A stretch of 58,725 nucleotides of DNA, filler included, from Catajapyx aquilonaris (lineage: Eukaryota), in the NCBI GenBank assembly GCA_000934665.2. It is 4 parts of 4 records of this genome, joined end to end, with 100 filler letters (N's around TTAATTAATTAA, not from the genome) between each part and the next. Parts side by side here need not be neighbours in the genome. Positions count along the whole stretch, not along the records: positions 1 to 14,707 come from JYFJ02007732.1; positions 14,808 to 29,378 come from JYFJ02007733.1; 2 more parts are not named here. One strand, written 5' to 3'. The translations under genes were made by a program, and so were the position numbers. Positions 12,497-24,169 of the stretch are shown piece by piece. Below the pieces are notes generated by a model. The model saw only the letters and a program-made list of their open reading frames with translations, was not told the DNA's origin and searched no databases. Every line of letters starts with the position of its first letter. Positions within the stretch are counted from its first letter, which is position 1.

Positions 12497-14120
12497 AAGT
12501 TCTCATCAAGGGCGATGGAGTGTGTGTATCCTGTACAGAAGAACTGCACCAATATCATGCTTATTAGAATGGGCAGGAGGAATATTGTTTCCTATCATTT
12601 GACCGGATTTCATGGGTTAAGATAGACGCACATTTCTTCAGCACCGAAAATGAACAAAATGGTGTGATTTTCTGCATCTTCTGCCACACATTAGTGAAGG
12701 TTTGGAACAACTAGGGCATGGGCTGTCACTTTGGGTGTAACTTGAAAACATGTTTATACGACCATTTGCTGTTGTGCATCTTTGGTATCATGTGCGCATG
12801 GTACTTTTGCCTCTTGTTGTCAGAAATGTTAACCTTTTGAGGTATACATATGTGAGGATTTGAGGGAAAATCGGTTTGAATTTCATCACTCATAGAGCCT
12901 GCCACCGTTATTCTGGTCTTTAATTCGTTCCTCTGTCATCTTCTTGGTACATTTCGGTTTTACTTACGTCCCGTCGTAAATTTAAACACTTATGAAAATC
13001 GATTTTTGCAGGACGGACCTTTATTGACAGCAATATGCGACAACCGCCCTGCCTCCAATGCTCTTTCCGCCTCTGGTCCAACTGCAAGTTCAATTGCATC
13101 TTCATGATGCCATCTAGCCCCGGTCTCTCCTACTTTACCACAGAATGGAAGTAACCCAGAGAATGAATTGTGTGAATTATTTACATCCTGCATACAGCAA
13201 GGAAAGCAGCATTTCATAGATATGAGGAAACTTACTTGTCTGTAATGTCTTTATTTGCAGTGAAGTATGAGTCTGAATCTTTCCATGTATAATCTCCATT
13301 TATTGGAGTCTGCAGTATAAGAGAAGGGCATTGAGTCACATAATAAACATTACACAGGGTGTGCATATATTTCATTTTTTTCGTTCAAGATTCACGCATT
13401 TTACGATCACACAATAATTATTTAGTGGTGCTCTCGCTGGTCAGATTGGTGCCATGTTAGCTAACCACGTCTTCTAAGAATATGGAGCAGTAACATTCCG
13501 AAGGGCTGTGTGCTGTATTAAACTTGGTCATTCTCCGAGAGTGGAATATAATCCATTTTGAACCGTTATCACTTGGGTACCCCTTTTAAGTTTACCTTTC
13601 TTTCTGAGTGGTCTTGGGTGTTGGAGCTGGTTTTGCTCCCCACTCGTCCGACTTGTCTTATTTTGTCTCCCCAGCAGAGAACTCAGTCCTTGGGATTGTC
13701 TTTCCTCTCTTTTCTTAGTGAATGTCACCAGCAACGACCTGTCTCAGGTACACGGTCACATTTCGTGTTGGAATACTCTGCGGCGATGTGATTTGATAAG
13801 TACTGGTAATCCTCCCCATAATTGATTGTATTATGGCGAACACTAATTGTATGTTGCATCTGCCAAGTCATCTTCCCCAAGAGAGTATAATTACGGATAG
13901 GACACACAAAAATCGATTGTTCTCAGCTTCAAAAATATGGCACTTTGGCCCTTTATCATTTTCTCTCATGTTATTCTTATAGCCTATCTATTGGGGCTTG
14001 ATGACACTCGCCGCCCCCCTGTCTTAACTATACTGACGCGAGCTGCCATCAGTGAGACGCGCAAAAGCCTTCTATCGGCTGGATGTCCCTTTTTACTGCT
14101 TGTCTTAGTGCTAGAGGATA
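12497..14120 (-). repeat. Repeat unit copy (subtype Z)
   Basis: Aligns to 2220-3945 with small indels. Confidence 0.85.
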
Positions 14121-14121
14121 T

Positions 14122-14490
14122 TGTGACCTGGCGGTTACACGAAGAGTACAACGTGGGCTGCTTAAGAATGGTGCTTTATTCAGTCGTAGCTCAGAGGTAC
14201 CAAGGTGAAGGGAGTAAAGGATATCAGGGTACGGTGAAGGGTATGGTCATCACGGGATATTGTCCCATAAGTATGTTCTGGAACGCCGTGAACGGGATAG
14301 AAAAACCCCGCCGTCGTGGCTGGTCAGGTCCTCCAAACGGGTCCGAGGGGGCGAGCCCGGTAAAAAGGTGACGGCCCCAGTCAAGTTGGCATTCCCACTC
14401 CTCTTGGAAGTCACCTCCCAGGACAACGGGTACTATGGATGTTTCCACGATGAGGAAGTCCTCATGGAAGAAGCAAGGCCCCAAACCGAT
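14122..14490 (-). mobile_element. Probable partial LTR truncating the repeat unit
   Basis: The repeat unit stops abruptly at TGTGACC. On the minus strand an AATAAA lies about 50 bp before a terminal ...TCACA. The other boundary is uncertain. Confidence 0.35.
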
Positions 14491-14707
14491 AGGCATCAGC
14501 GTCTGTGAAATCACATAGTACACCATGAGGTCCCTGTGCAGCACTACCATCTTTGAAATACCTCACCATTTCAGGACTATTAAGCATGTTAGATATTAGA
14601 GAACTAAGCTTTATAATGTGCACCACCTTGCCATTTGATAGATTCACCTGCACTGGAGGTATGTACACACCTTGCTCCACATAAAAAAGCATTCCTTTTC
14701 CTATCTG
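14490..14707 (-). mobile_element. EnSpm/CACTA-like transposase fragment
   Basis: YIPPVQVNLSNGKVVHIIKLSSLISNMLNSPEM...GVLCDFTDADAYR resembles the segment ending in LxDFxDGxxY that precedes the catalytic core of animal EnSpm-like transposases. Confidence 0.4.
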
Positions 14708-14807
14708 NNNNNNNNNNNNNNNNNNNNNNNNNNNNNNNNNNNNNNNNNNNNTTAATTAATTAANNNNNNNNNNNNNNNNNNNNNNNNNNNNNNNNNNNNN
14801 NNNNNNN
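14708..14807. other. Artificial contig spacer (N44-TTAATTAATTAA-N44)
   Basis: Exactly 100 bp, with a linker giving stops in all six frames. Identical at three sites. Confidence 0.98.
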
Positions 14808-15055
14808 TGGTCCTCGATGGACACCCTGAAGGCCTGGCTGTCCATCCGACCAGTGACCACCGGCCGGTACCTGCCCCCCTGGTGACGGGATATCAGACCC
14901 TGCATCGCCATCAGGCCAACCCTGTCCGAGTCTGTGTCCATGTTTAAGAAGCAGTCCGGGTAGTGGGTGTCCAGCAAGTAAAGGACCAGCTCCGTTAACA
15001 GGACGTCCTCATTTCGGTCAGGGGTCAGGGACACGTTCAGTGAGTTGGAATAGGC
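14808..15055 (-). CDS. Putative coding exon truncated by the contig end; possibly the N-terminal region of an ionotropic receptor
   Basis: Pyrimidine-rich acceptor TTTACAG|GCC, then an open frame with GC3-rich codons: AYSNSLNVSLTPDRNEDVLLTELVLYLLDTHYPDCFLNMDTDS... A candidate upstream donor AAG|GTGAG lies near 15917. Confidence 0.45.
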
Positions 15056-16501
15056 CTGTAAAGTATGGAAATCAATAAACCTGAGACGTCAGGAAGGTCC
15101 TTACCGTCATACATTTCCTAATTCCACCAAACCAGTGACGGGTATGACTGTGGTGTGTAGTCTGGCACAAGCACATTAATTATTAATTACTAAATGGTGG
15201 TCAATTATGGTGTCTGCTATGCATTGGTAGTGTTTGGATATACTGAGATGATGTACAACTTCACAACAAGAAATATTACTTGATGGCGACACATCCAATG
15301 CATAGGCCTACTATTGAGGTCACAAGTTACAGCTTGCCAGTCAACAGCTGTGCCAAAAAAATGTCGTGGTGGTGACGGGAGTCTCCCTCCTCGTTTCTGG
15401 TTATTGTACTGGAGAGTAGGCTACTACATATTTTGGAAGGGATGCAATGAATTATGATTGTAATGTTTTGCATGCGTGCATGAGAGGCGGCCTTATGTTC
15501 TACCCAAAAAAATAATGTAGTCGAACTTGGCCAAAAATAGAACTGTTATGTGATTGGTATGAACTACAGTAATTGAAAGCTGTGCATAGCTGATGGAATT
15601 AAATTTCACTGAAGTGTCTACGCTACTACTGGTAGAGAGATGTAAACGCGTGAGTTGGCATGTTAGCATAAATGAATAATATTGTGATATGTTCGACACT
15701 TCTCAACACTTTTATGACTTCGCTCCTCATAGCGTGGTCGCGAAAAAATTCGTAACATCGTGCGATTATTTTCTTCAGTAAAACTATTTTACTCGTGTGT
15801 GCACCGAGAAACTACTAATACTTACGAATAACGAGATTAGCAAGTGTGAGTTTCAAATGACTCATGCAGGACACTTCGAAAGTAAATACTCCATAAATAA
15901 TTTAGAATGTCCTCACCTTGTCCGCAGTTGTGATTGACAACAGAGTACAAAGAACAGGAGAGACATCGTGTCCGTCTGAACTGTTCCAGTGACGTGGCTC
16001 TACAGCTGCAATTTCCCTTGACAATAATTATACATTCTCACCGCGCACCTTTCACCTGTAATTCCACCTCATCTTGAAAGTATGTCAGGGGTGTCAAATA
16101 GGGCTCAGGCACCTTAATTATTAAAACCATAATTACGCACAATTACACTGTCAGAGCTATACCGTACGTGGTTTTCGCAGCTCAATAAGACCAGTTACAT
16201 AACTCCCAAAACATTGCCTTGTTTTGATCCAAAAGGCAGCTGCCGATGTTCCGCTTTCACTATAAACCTACTAAAACAATGCAGGGTAATCCATCCGAGC
16301 CAGCGGAACTAGTTGTACGAGGAATAATATGGTCCCACGCAGAATATTTTTTTCATGGTTGTCATCAGCATAAAACTATTGTTTACCTGGCTATTGTCGC
16401 TTCTCCGGCATCCAAGTAAAATTCATGCTTATGAGTGCTCACTTCCGATTGAAAATTTGTAGAAAATAAAATATTTTTTTTTTAAAAATAAAAAATAAAA
16501 T

Positions 16502-16657
16502 AAAAACAGAATTCGAAGCCCTCTGGCTGAAGAACACCTCGAATCATTGATGCTTATGGAAGTTAAGAAGGAAATACTTCAAAATCTTGATAGAGATAGT
16601 AAATAGATTGCGATGCAGAGAAAAGTGAATTGCTGACAAAACTTTTGAAAGCTTAAA
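16502..16657 (+). mobile_element. hAT transposase C-terminal remnant
   Basis: KNRIRSPLAEEHLESLMLMEVKKEILQNLD...KSELLTKLL matches the end of the hAT dimerisation domain. Confidence 0.7.
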
Positions 16658-16739
16658 ATTTTACAAAGCCATAGTTTGCTTATTATTTTGTTGTTAATTA
16701 CAATTTTAACGCTTCTCTCTGTCTCATTTCTTTAACAAA

Positions 16740-16812
16740 GCCAGAGTGCTTCGAATTCTGTTTTTTACAAACTGTAACATGGAAAAACTTCTTTCGCAGG
16801 CTACTTGGGTGA
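16740..16812 (-). mobile_element. hAT transposase dimerisation-domain remnant, inverted relative to its neighbour
   Basis: TQVACERSFSMLQFVKNRIRSTLA contains the classic ERxFS motif. Confidence 0.75.
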
Positions 16813-17118
16813 AATAATTAATGTTAGCATGATGTACGGTATTTGAACCAATCCCTGGCGTAAAACGAGGAGTACTCTGTCTGTACAATTCTTTCATTTC
16901 AATTTTGGCTCTTTCGGACATAATTTTTCTCGTGTTTTCGCTCCATCTGCCTCAGCCCCCTGCCACACCGATCCTGGCCTTATGGTGACGGTAGGGAACT
17001 TAAAAGTCTCCGCCACCCCGGATTTGGCGCTGGCTGAGCTCCACAGGCATCTATCCGGTTAGGGCGGACGCCTTATGAACCAACCCAAACCATTCTTTCC
17101 CCTGCAGCTAGGTCCGGA

Positions 17119-17248
17119 GTACTGTATACGCCAAATTGTTTCATACCCCCGGGGTATGAAACAATTTGTCGTATACATAGGTATAGTGCTATATACGACA
17201 AATTGTTTCATACCCCGGAGGTATGAAACAATTTGGCGTATATAGTAC
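17119..17248. repeat. 130-bp nested palindrome (MITE-like)
   Basis: Two copies of the hairpin ATACG(C/A)CAAATTGTTTCATACC-loop-GGTATGAAACAATTTG(T/G)CGTAT. The whole element is also self-complementary (GTAC...GTAC). Confidence 0.85.
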
Positions 17249-17922
17249 ATTCGCAGACACAGCCCGCGAACCACCCGAACCGCATCGATGCCTCTGGAGG
17301 ACCGTCTACGACTGCGCCAATTCATAGCCAATATGCTGGACTAAGTTATATTAACTTGAGATCTGAGATTGGCTGCGACTATTATTATGCAAGCTCCAGT
17401 TATTGTGTAAGACAAACCTTTACGCCTACTCTTCGGGGGACAAAATGGTCACAAACCAGGGCAAAATCCGAATAACAAAGATAAACTGACAGAAAATCAC
17501 AAAACGTGGGCAAAAGACATGCCAGCAAGCATCACTTGTTCTAGACTGCTCTGGACTCGACCACCCATTTCCACGTATGTCACCAAATACTTTTCTATAT
17601 TTTCATTAGTGAAACTAAGGTAGGTGTACCAGTGGTGGGCAGTGTCCCAAAGGTGGCCAGCGGAAACTTCGAACCTAAATAACAAGGGAATGCGGCAATA
17701 TTGAGTGGAAATGAGACATCTGGCATCATTTCACATCCCTTATGGGTTGACTGATGACCACATATTTATCATTCATGGCCTACCTATAGTGAATGAGAAG
17801 GGCGTGAACACGTGAGCTCTAATTTTTGCCTTGAAATGTTGCTTTTCTTAGCCGATTCGCTAAGAGACACGTACAACCTTGCATATAAAAAGTGGACGTG
17901 TTACGTCGGGTTTTTTAAGTGG

Positions 17923-20900
17923 TGTCAGGACCCTTGACCTGACCCCTGACCTCCTAGGTCGCCGGGCGTGGTAATAAGAGACCAGTAGGAGGTTAAAGCA
18001 GTGTATTGCTGGAGTGATACAGGAGAGAGAGTCTCTCGAGGGCCGAAGCCCCCTTCCTTTTATACAGTATTTCAGCCACCAGATGGCGCACAAGAACAGG
18101 GACAATTTCCAAAAGAGGATAAATGCCGGAACCACGCACGTGGTCCCCACATACCCCCCTACTTCAAAAACCTGGAGCGACACCGCTCCAGCACACACTC
18201 AAAACAATTTCAATTATCAAGCCAATCAAGTCCAAAAAAATTTCAAACAGCAACAGCCCCCCAAAAGGTAAGTTCACTCTGGACACAAAAATTCAATCCG
18301 AACCCACAAACATGTACACAAGTCCACGTACACATCTACCACTGGAACTCGGTTGCAGTATCCAAACAGCAACATCCTACGTCAGATAAAAGCAGCAGGC
18401 CGCACTGGAGATGACGCCTCACTCCAGTTGTCCATCGCAGCTCCCGTACGCAGCTGGCGACAATCAGACCCGGAATCCACCGACCAGGACGGTGCAGATG
18501 ATGAGTACTTGGACCTCGCTTGAAGGGCTGCGCAGCCCCTTCCCGGCCCGGACGGCACTTGGAGTTAACCGCCCAGGCCAACCACAGCGTCAGTCCACCG
18601 ACCCCCAACCACCTCCTTGAGGTCAATAAAAGACCAAGTCAGGCCATGCCAAACTCAGGCATGCCCAAAAATGCCCCTCGGCTACCTCATAAGCCGAATC
18701 ACGTCAGGTGTCTAGACCCCTTGACCATAGAGTCCTCCGACATGACCTACTGAGCCCCTCCAAGCCAACAGCCTCCAGGAGTTAACCCACTCCAAGCCGT
18801 ACGACCTCCAGGAGAGCGCCAACGTAGGCTCCCACCAGGGATCCCCTGACCCAGGGCAGGATGACTAGCATCCCAACGGGCAGCGATAATAAATTAATAT
18901 TTCGCTGGCTACTGGTCATCAGGCCTCGAAAATTCAAGACCCTCCGTCGACGTCGACATCGCATCTTCGACGACGGTGTTTGCACTCGGTCGCCCCCGCT
19001 CTACGGGTCGCCCACGGCCGATGCAAACCATCCGACAAAACCATCGGGTCGGTCAACATGTGGTCAGCTCTGGTCAGCACGACCCAAGCTCGACCTCAAC
19101 ATGTGACCTCCAGTTCGTCCAATTCCACTGGGCCGAACCAGCAGGCAATACTATGCAACCCTAGCATTGACCTGGTCCAGTCAGTCCAACAAGCAGCGTC
19201 AGCTGACTCGGCACCGCATTAAAAAGAGTACACACCCAAATCATGCGGTTCCCAAGATCGGACAAAGTACAAAGACCACCTTCGACTGGGCCTGTGACAT
19301 ATCCAAATCAACACCACGCATTAACTCAAAGGCATTGCGCTAACAATCAGCACAATTAACCGCCCCTTCTCCGGAACAGCTATTACATCAGCTAAACCAG
19401 ATAATCCAGCCGAACAATGCGACACTGTGTGTGACTCACCATCAGCAGCGTGGGTCGGTAGGCGTGAGAAAAGCCTCTACTTCCTCCTCCCACCCACCAG
19501 ATCACCTGAGTCACAGGTAACAATGAGAAGCCAAAAATAATGCTACTAGCAGTCAGCATTTTTCTTCTTCATCTCGGCCGCCTCATGTTTGTCATCACAA
19601 CATGATGGAATGGCCATTGTGCCCTGCATAAACACAATCAGACTTCCTGCAAGTCTTCCTGCGCTAATTATGGACACCTGACTTGCTTTTGAGAACGATC
19701 TCATTCTCGTCAGCAACAATAGGGCGCCACTTCCATTGGAATAAATCCGGGAAGAATCCGGTGACAAAATGATGCAACACCTTGTGCAACATTTGCCAAC
19801 CGCCTCCGTTACTGCATCAGTCAACGAAGGTCACGGTCACTTGGCGCGACAGGGAACTCTCCCACGCAACCTGTGACAGCCCGACACCGGTACAATCGAC
19901 ACCGTCCGTGCGGTGCTTGCACATGAGTGCTCCGTAGGGTATGACAGTGCATGTACTGTACATTCTGTCACTTTCCTGCCCAGATTCATCAGTCAACGTC
20001 GACCCTGAATCGTCACAGGAAGTTTCGGTGCATGCAGCGTGCATCGACAACCTATCTTCCCCTCTCCGTACCGGATCATGCACCGGTACCTCGGAGGCAC
20101 AGTACGTACAGTGGAGTTGGTACGGCAATATGCGCACCTACTCGTGACATAACGACACCACCTTCATCGCTATTGCATCAGCAACAAGGCAACATCTTTG
20201 AGGCACCGACAGTCGTCATTTCAACCGACTCCCGTCGACACCAGTCTTACAGCTGGCACCTCGACGTCCTGCATCGAGACCAACAGCTCCGCCATTTGGC
20301 AGCCGACTGACCACCGTCATCCCGGTTCGACACGTCCGGAAACACACGTTCCGGAACCGCATCACCACTGCTGGACAAGTACGGGTATACTCCCGACACA
20401 TGCCCTGCATTGCTGCATATCGCATGCTTGGTCTGTTGAGCGTCAATAACCAACAACACGCAGCTGCTCATCCGGATCAGCACTAGCCGCCTCCGGATTT
20501 TGGCAGCGGGGTCACTCAGGACAGCTTCGTCCCCCTCAACCCAACATACGGCGGCACCTCGACACCCTGCATCGAGGTTCGCTCCGACAATGCTCCGACT
20601 GACCACCGTCATGTCGATCCGACACGCCCGGAAACGCACGTTCCGGAGCAATGTCGTTCCTGCTGGACAAGGACGGGTACACCCAGGAATTGGTACACCC
20701 GACACATGCCCTGCAATGCTGCGTATTGCATGGCTGGTCTGTTGTCTGGCAACAACCAACAGCACGCAATACTCCTCCGGAACGGCACTTTTACCGCCCC
20801 CGGATTTGCAGCAGGGTCATGGAGGACGGCTTCGTCCCCCTCGACCCAACGTACGGCGGCAAGTCAACGTTGACCTGCCCGCCCGTACCCACCCTCTCTC

Positions 20901-21238
20901 CTCTGCTCGACCCGCAAGCCGAATCCGGCCGCAACACCTCATCGTCCTCCATACCACAACCGGGTATGTGCAGATTGTCTACACAAAACCACATTGGGCG
21001 CCAAATTTCAGGACCCTTGACCTGACTCCTGACCTACCTAGGTCGCAGGGCGTGGGAATAAGAGTCCGGTAGGAGGTTAAATCAGTGTATTGCAGTCTGA
21101 GTGATACAGGAGAGAGAGTCTCTCGAGGGCCGAAGCCCCCTTCCTTTTATACAGTATTTCAGCCACCAGATGGCGCACAAGAACAGGGACAATTTCCAAA
21201 AGAGGATAAATGCCGGAACCACGCACGTGGTCCCCACA
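17923..21238 (-). mobile_element. Non-autonomous Ty3/Gypsy-type LTR retroelement, structurally complete
   Basis: LTRs at 17923-18151 (TG...CA) and 21006-21238. TSD GTGG at 17919-17922 and 21239-21242. PBS TGGCGCCCAATGTGG (tRNA-Lys type) at 21003-20989. Polypurine tract GAAGTAGGGGGGTA next to the 3' LTR. Decayed pol trace GVASFCHRILPGF near 19790-19750. Confidence 0.92.
20255..20870. repeat. About 300-bp tandem duplication inside the LTR element
   Basis: GGCACCTCGAC...CTGCATCGAG...CCGACTGACCACCGTCAT...CCGACACATGCCCTGCA...CCGGATTT...GCTTCGTCCCCCTC occurs twice. Confidence 0.8.
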
Positions 21239-23602
21239 GTGGAAAAGGATATAAATGCTTCAAATTTTCCAAAGAGGATGTCCTTTTTAGTCAATCTTTA
21301 TGTAAAAAAAATGTTTTAGCTAGGGTGCCCACTACTGGACTCAAAAAACTTTGATGTTCCAATTCTGGGCACCCCGTATCGACCATTGAACACTGGGCCA
21401 TAGTCGACACTCGCGACTGGCCGAGACTGAGCGCGGCAATCTGTCAGTGGCAGTCATTCTGGCAACGTCACATCCCTTTTTTCCAGAAAAGACTATAATA
21501 GGCTAGTTGCCTGATGGGTCAAATTTCTTTCAAAGTTTGTTTTCAGGGCTTGAGCAAAATTGGGTTGATTTATTTGTGACAAGTACATTTTCTAGGGACA
21601 ATATAGATGATGTTCTGTTTTTTCAGTTAGGTATAATCCCTTACAAACGCCAGTTCTCCTTCAGATGGAAGGTGTACGCTGTATAGCAAGTCTAGAAAAG
21701 TATTGCAATTTTTCGCATTAAACTGTTCCACACTACAGCAGATCACTGTTATTCGAGAATCTGCGATCCATTTCGGCTGTTAAAATGTCCATTGCTTCGT
21801 AAAACACCATTCTTTCGTGATTGCATGATCTACAAGTCGTGCAGTTAAAGTTGAAAGACAACATACTATAAGAATTTCACATAGACAATTTTCCGTCTAG
21901 TAGATGATCCTTCGGGTTAAATATCATCCGACAGAAGGCATTAGCGCTTAAACTATGATTGTGATGAAGTTTCGTTCATTTACGGTCATAATCTGAATAA
22001 TTTCGGCTATTGACATCGATGTCTTTTGTAAGCACACTTACATTCCTATAAGTTCTTATCGTACAATATGACTCAAGAAAATTCATATTTCTCTTCCCAC
22101 ATTGACGTGGCTCATATTATGCACTTCGGAACCTTCATGATGATGAAATCCACGCTGGGTTAGTCCATTGCATTTTTCAAGTTCCAAAATCCTGTTTCCT
22201 TTGAAGGCAGTCTCTTTAGTTCCAAAAGGCCGAACAAGATGCAGTGCTTATTCCCCTCCTGGGTAAGAAGAGCACACAAAATGGAGGTAGTGTGCTGTCT
22301 AGGCTCATGGACTGAGGTATCTACCTCACCATATGTCGTGGGTAAAGTTACCCATGCTTCCAGATTCCAGACCTAAATCCAGGCCTAAATCTGCCTGGGC
22401 TCACTGAAAAGCCAAGAGGCACATTGAACTTTCTCCAAATTCAATTCAAGTACTTTTAAAAATACAACCGCTTCTATTTACAAAATCTTTATTTAATATG
22501 ACACACAATACAATCAATCAATCATGCAAATAAACCATAATTAATTTTCCAACACCACATCCCAAGGATCTACTGTTATAGTGCGCTACTCAAATGCACA
22601 TATCAAATCTCACATCAAGGTCACTTCATCCTCAATCCTTTCTCATGGGTCGCTTTTCCATTCCCCAGTTTCTGCAACAGTCTTTCGACACAAAATACCA
22701 CATCATATATCACACCCTCTGTAGATAACTGGGTATCCCTCACTGTATGCATATCCAAACTGCTTTTCAAGACCTCAAAGGGCTCCAAGTCTCCAACTAC
22801 AACTACACATAGTTCACAAATTATACAGCAAGATCCTATAGTACCAATGGCACAAAGGGTTCCAGGTGGGTTGCAGAGTTAAGAGTACCATGCCTAACAC
22901 AATTCAGTTACTTTGTTGATATGGCGTGTGACTTACCCTAGGTTTTACCATTACCTATTAACGATCACTTACACATGTATATTATATATGGAACTAATGT
23001 ATATAAGGTTGGATAAAATTCATATGACACAGGCCTTGCATGTCTCCATGGACTTCTGCAGTCTCCAGAGAGCCAAGTTAAGCCACCTTTATATTGTCGA
23101 CTTCGTATAGGCTGATTACAGTCGCCCATCCTGAGTGGAGAGCGTCCCAGTCGAACGGAAATAGAGCCTGCTCCAATTTGTGTTCGATGGGGACGCCAAG
23201 GCAGACAGTCGTCTCCACAAAGAAAAGGGGGCCTTGCCAGAACTCTGTCAGAGTAATTCCATGCCCACACTGGCACATAGATCAGCATACATCGTCATCC
23301 CCTTTGCTGAACAACATTAAGAGATTCAAGGGGCAACATTACTTAGCATTGGGTCCATTCTATATTGTATACCTTCGACTGCCAGTAAACTCAGTTCCCA
23401 TCTCCGGCTCTCCTGCGATTTGGAATCCCTGGCAGCTCACACCTAATGTGTACCTGTCTTTCCCTTGACTTCTTCCTTCCTCTTACACCTCCATTAAGGA
23501 TGCCTCCAAGGCATTTCATAAAACTGTCAGTAGCTAACATGGTGTTTATAGATAACTTGACTAATGCAGTGCCTGTGTGAATGCACAGCTTCAACAACTA
23601 AA

Positions 23603-24169
23603 TCACTTTTCCTCTGTATGCATTCTCAGATGCCTTTTCAAATTTCCCGACTGACAGAATATTTTCATGCAAACCTGGCAACTATATGGCTTCTCCCCTG
23701 TGTGTTTTAGCATATGCGGCAACAAAGAAGATCTGTTTCTAAACATCATCTTGCAAATCAGGCAACTGAATGGCTTCTCCCCTGTGTGGGTTCTCATGTG
23801 CGAATTCAAATGCCCTGACTCACGAAACTTTTTCTTGCAAATTGAGCAACTGAATGGCTTCTCCCCTGTGTGGGTCCTCATATGTATATTCAAACTTACT
23901 GAGTGACTAAACTTTCTCTCACAAACCTGGCAACTGAATGGCTTCTCCCCTGTGTGGGTTCTCATGTGTGAATTCAAATGTCCTGACTGACTAAACTTTC
24001 TCTCGCAAACATCGCAACTGAATGGCTTCTCCCCTGTGTGGGTTCTCATGTGCATATTCAAATCACTTCGGGACCTAAACTTCCTCTTGCAAATCTGACA
24101 ACCAAAGAGTCTCCCCTTGCGCATGTCTTGCTGGATTCCATTCCTCTTCTTCTCTTCAGCAGGTTTTCC
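23603..24169 (-). CDS. C2H2 (Kruppel-type) zinc-finger protein, last coding exon with 6 tandem fingers
   Basis: Six CxxC-x12-HxxxH units joined by TGEKP(F/Y)S linkers. Acceptor TTTCAG|GGA at 24169 is in frame ([19 protein letters not shown]...). Stop at 23603. Confidence 0.95.
   Translation of the reverse strand, partial: GKPAEEKKRNGIQQDMRKGRLFGCQICKRKFRSRSDLNMHMRTHTGEKPFSCDVCERKFSQSGHLNSHMRTHTGEKPFSCQVCERKFSHSVSLNIHMRTHTGEKPFSCSICKKKFRESGHLNSHMRTHTGEKPFSCLICKMMFRNRSSLLPHMLKHTGEKPYSCQVCMKIFCQSGNLKRHLRMHTEEK

Noticed and set aside
17860..21354. Many overlapping 60-190 aa ORFs
   Set aside because: They arise from GC-rich LTR-element sequence, occur in all frames and contain no recognisable domain.
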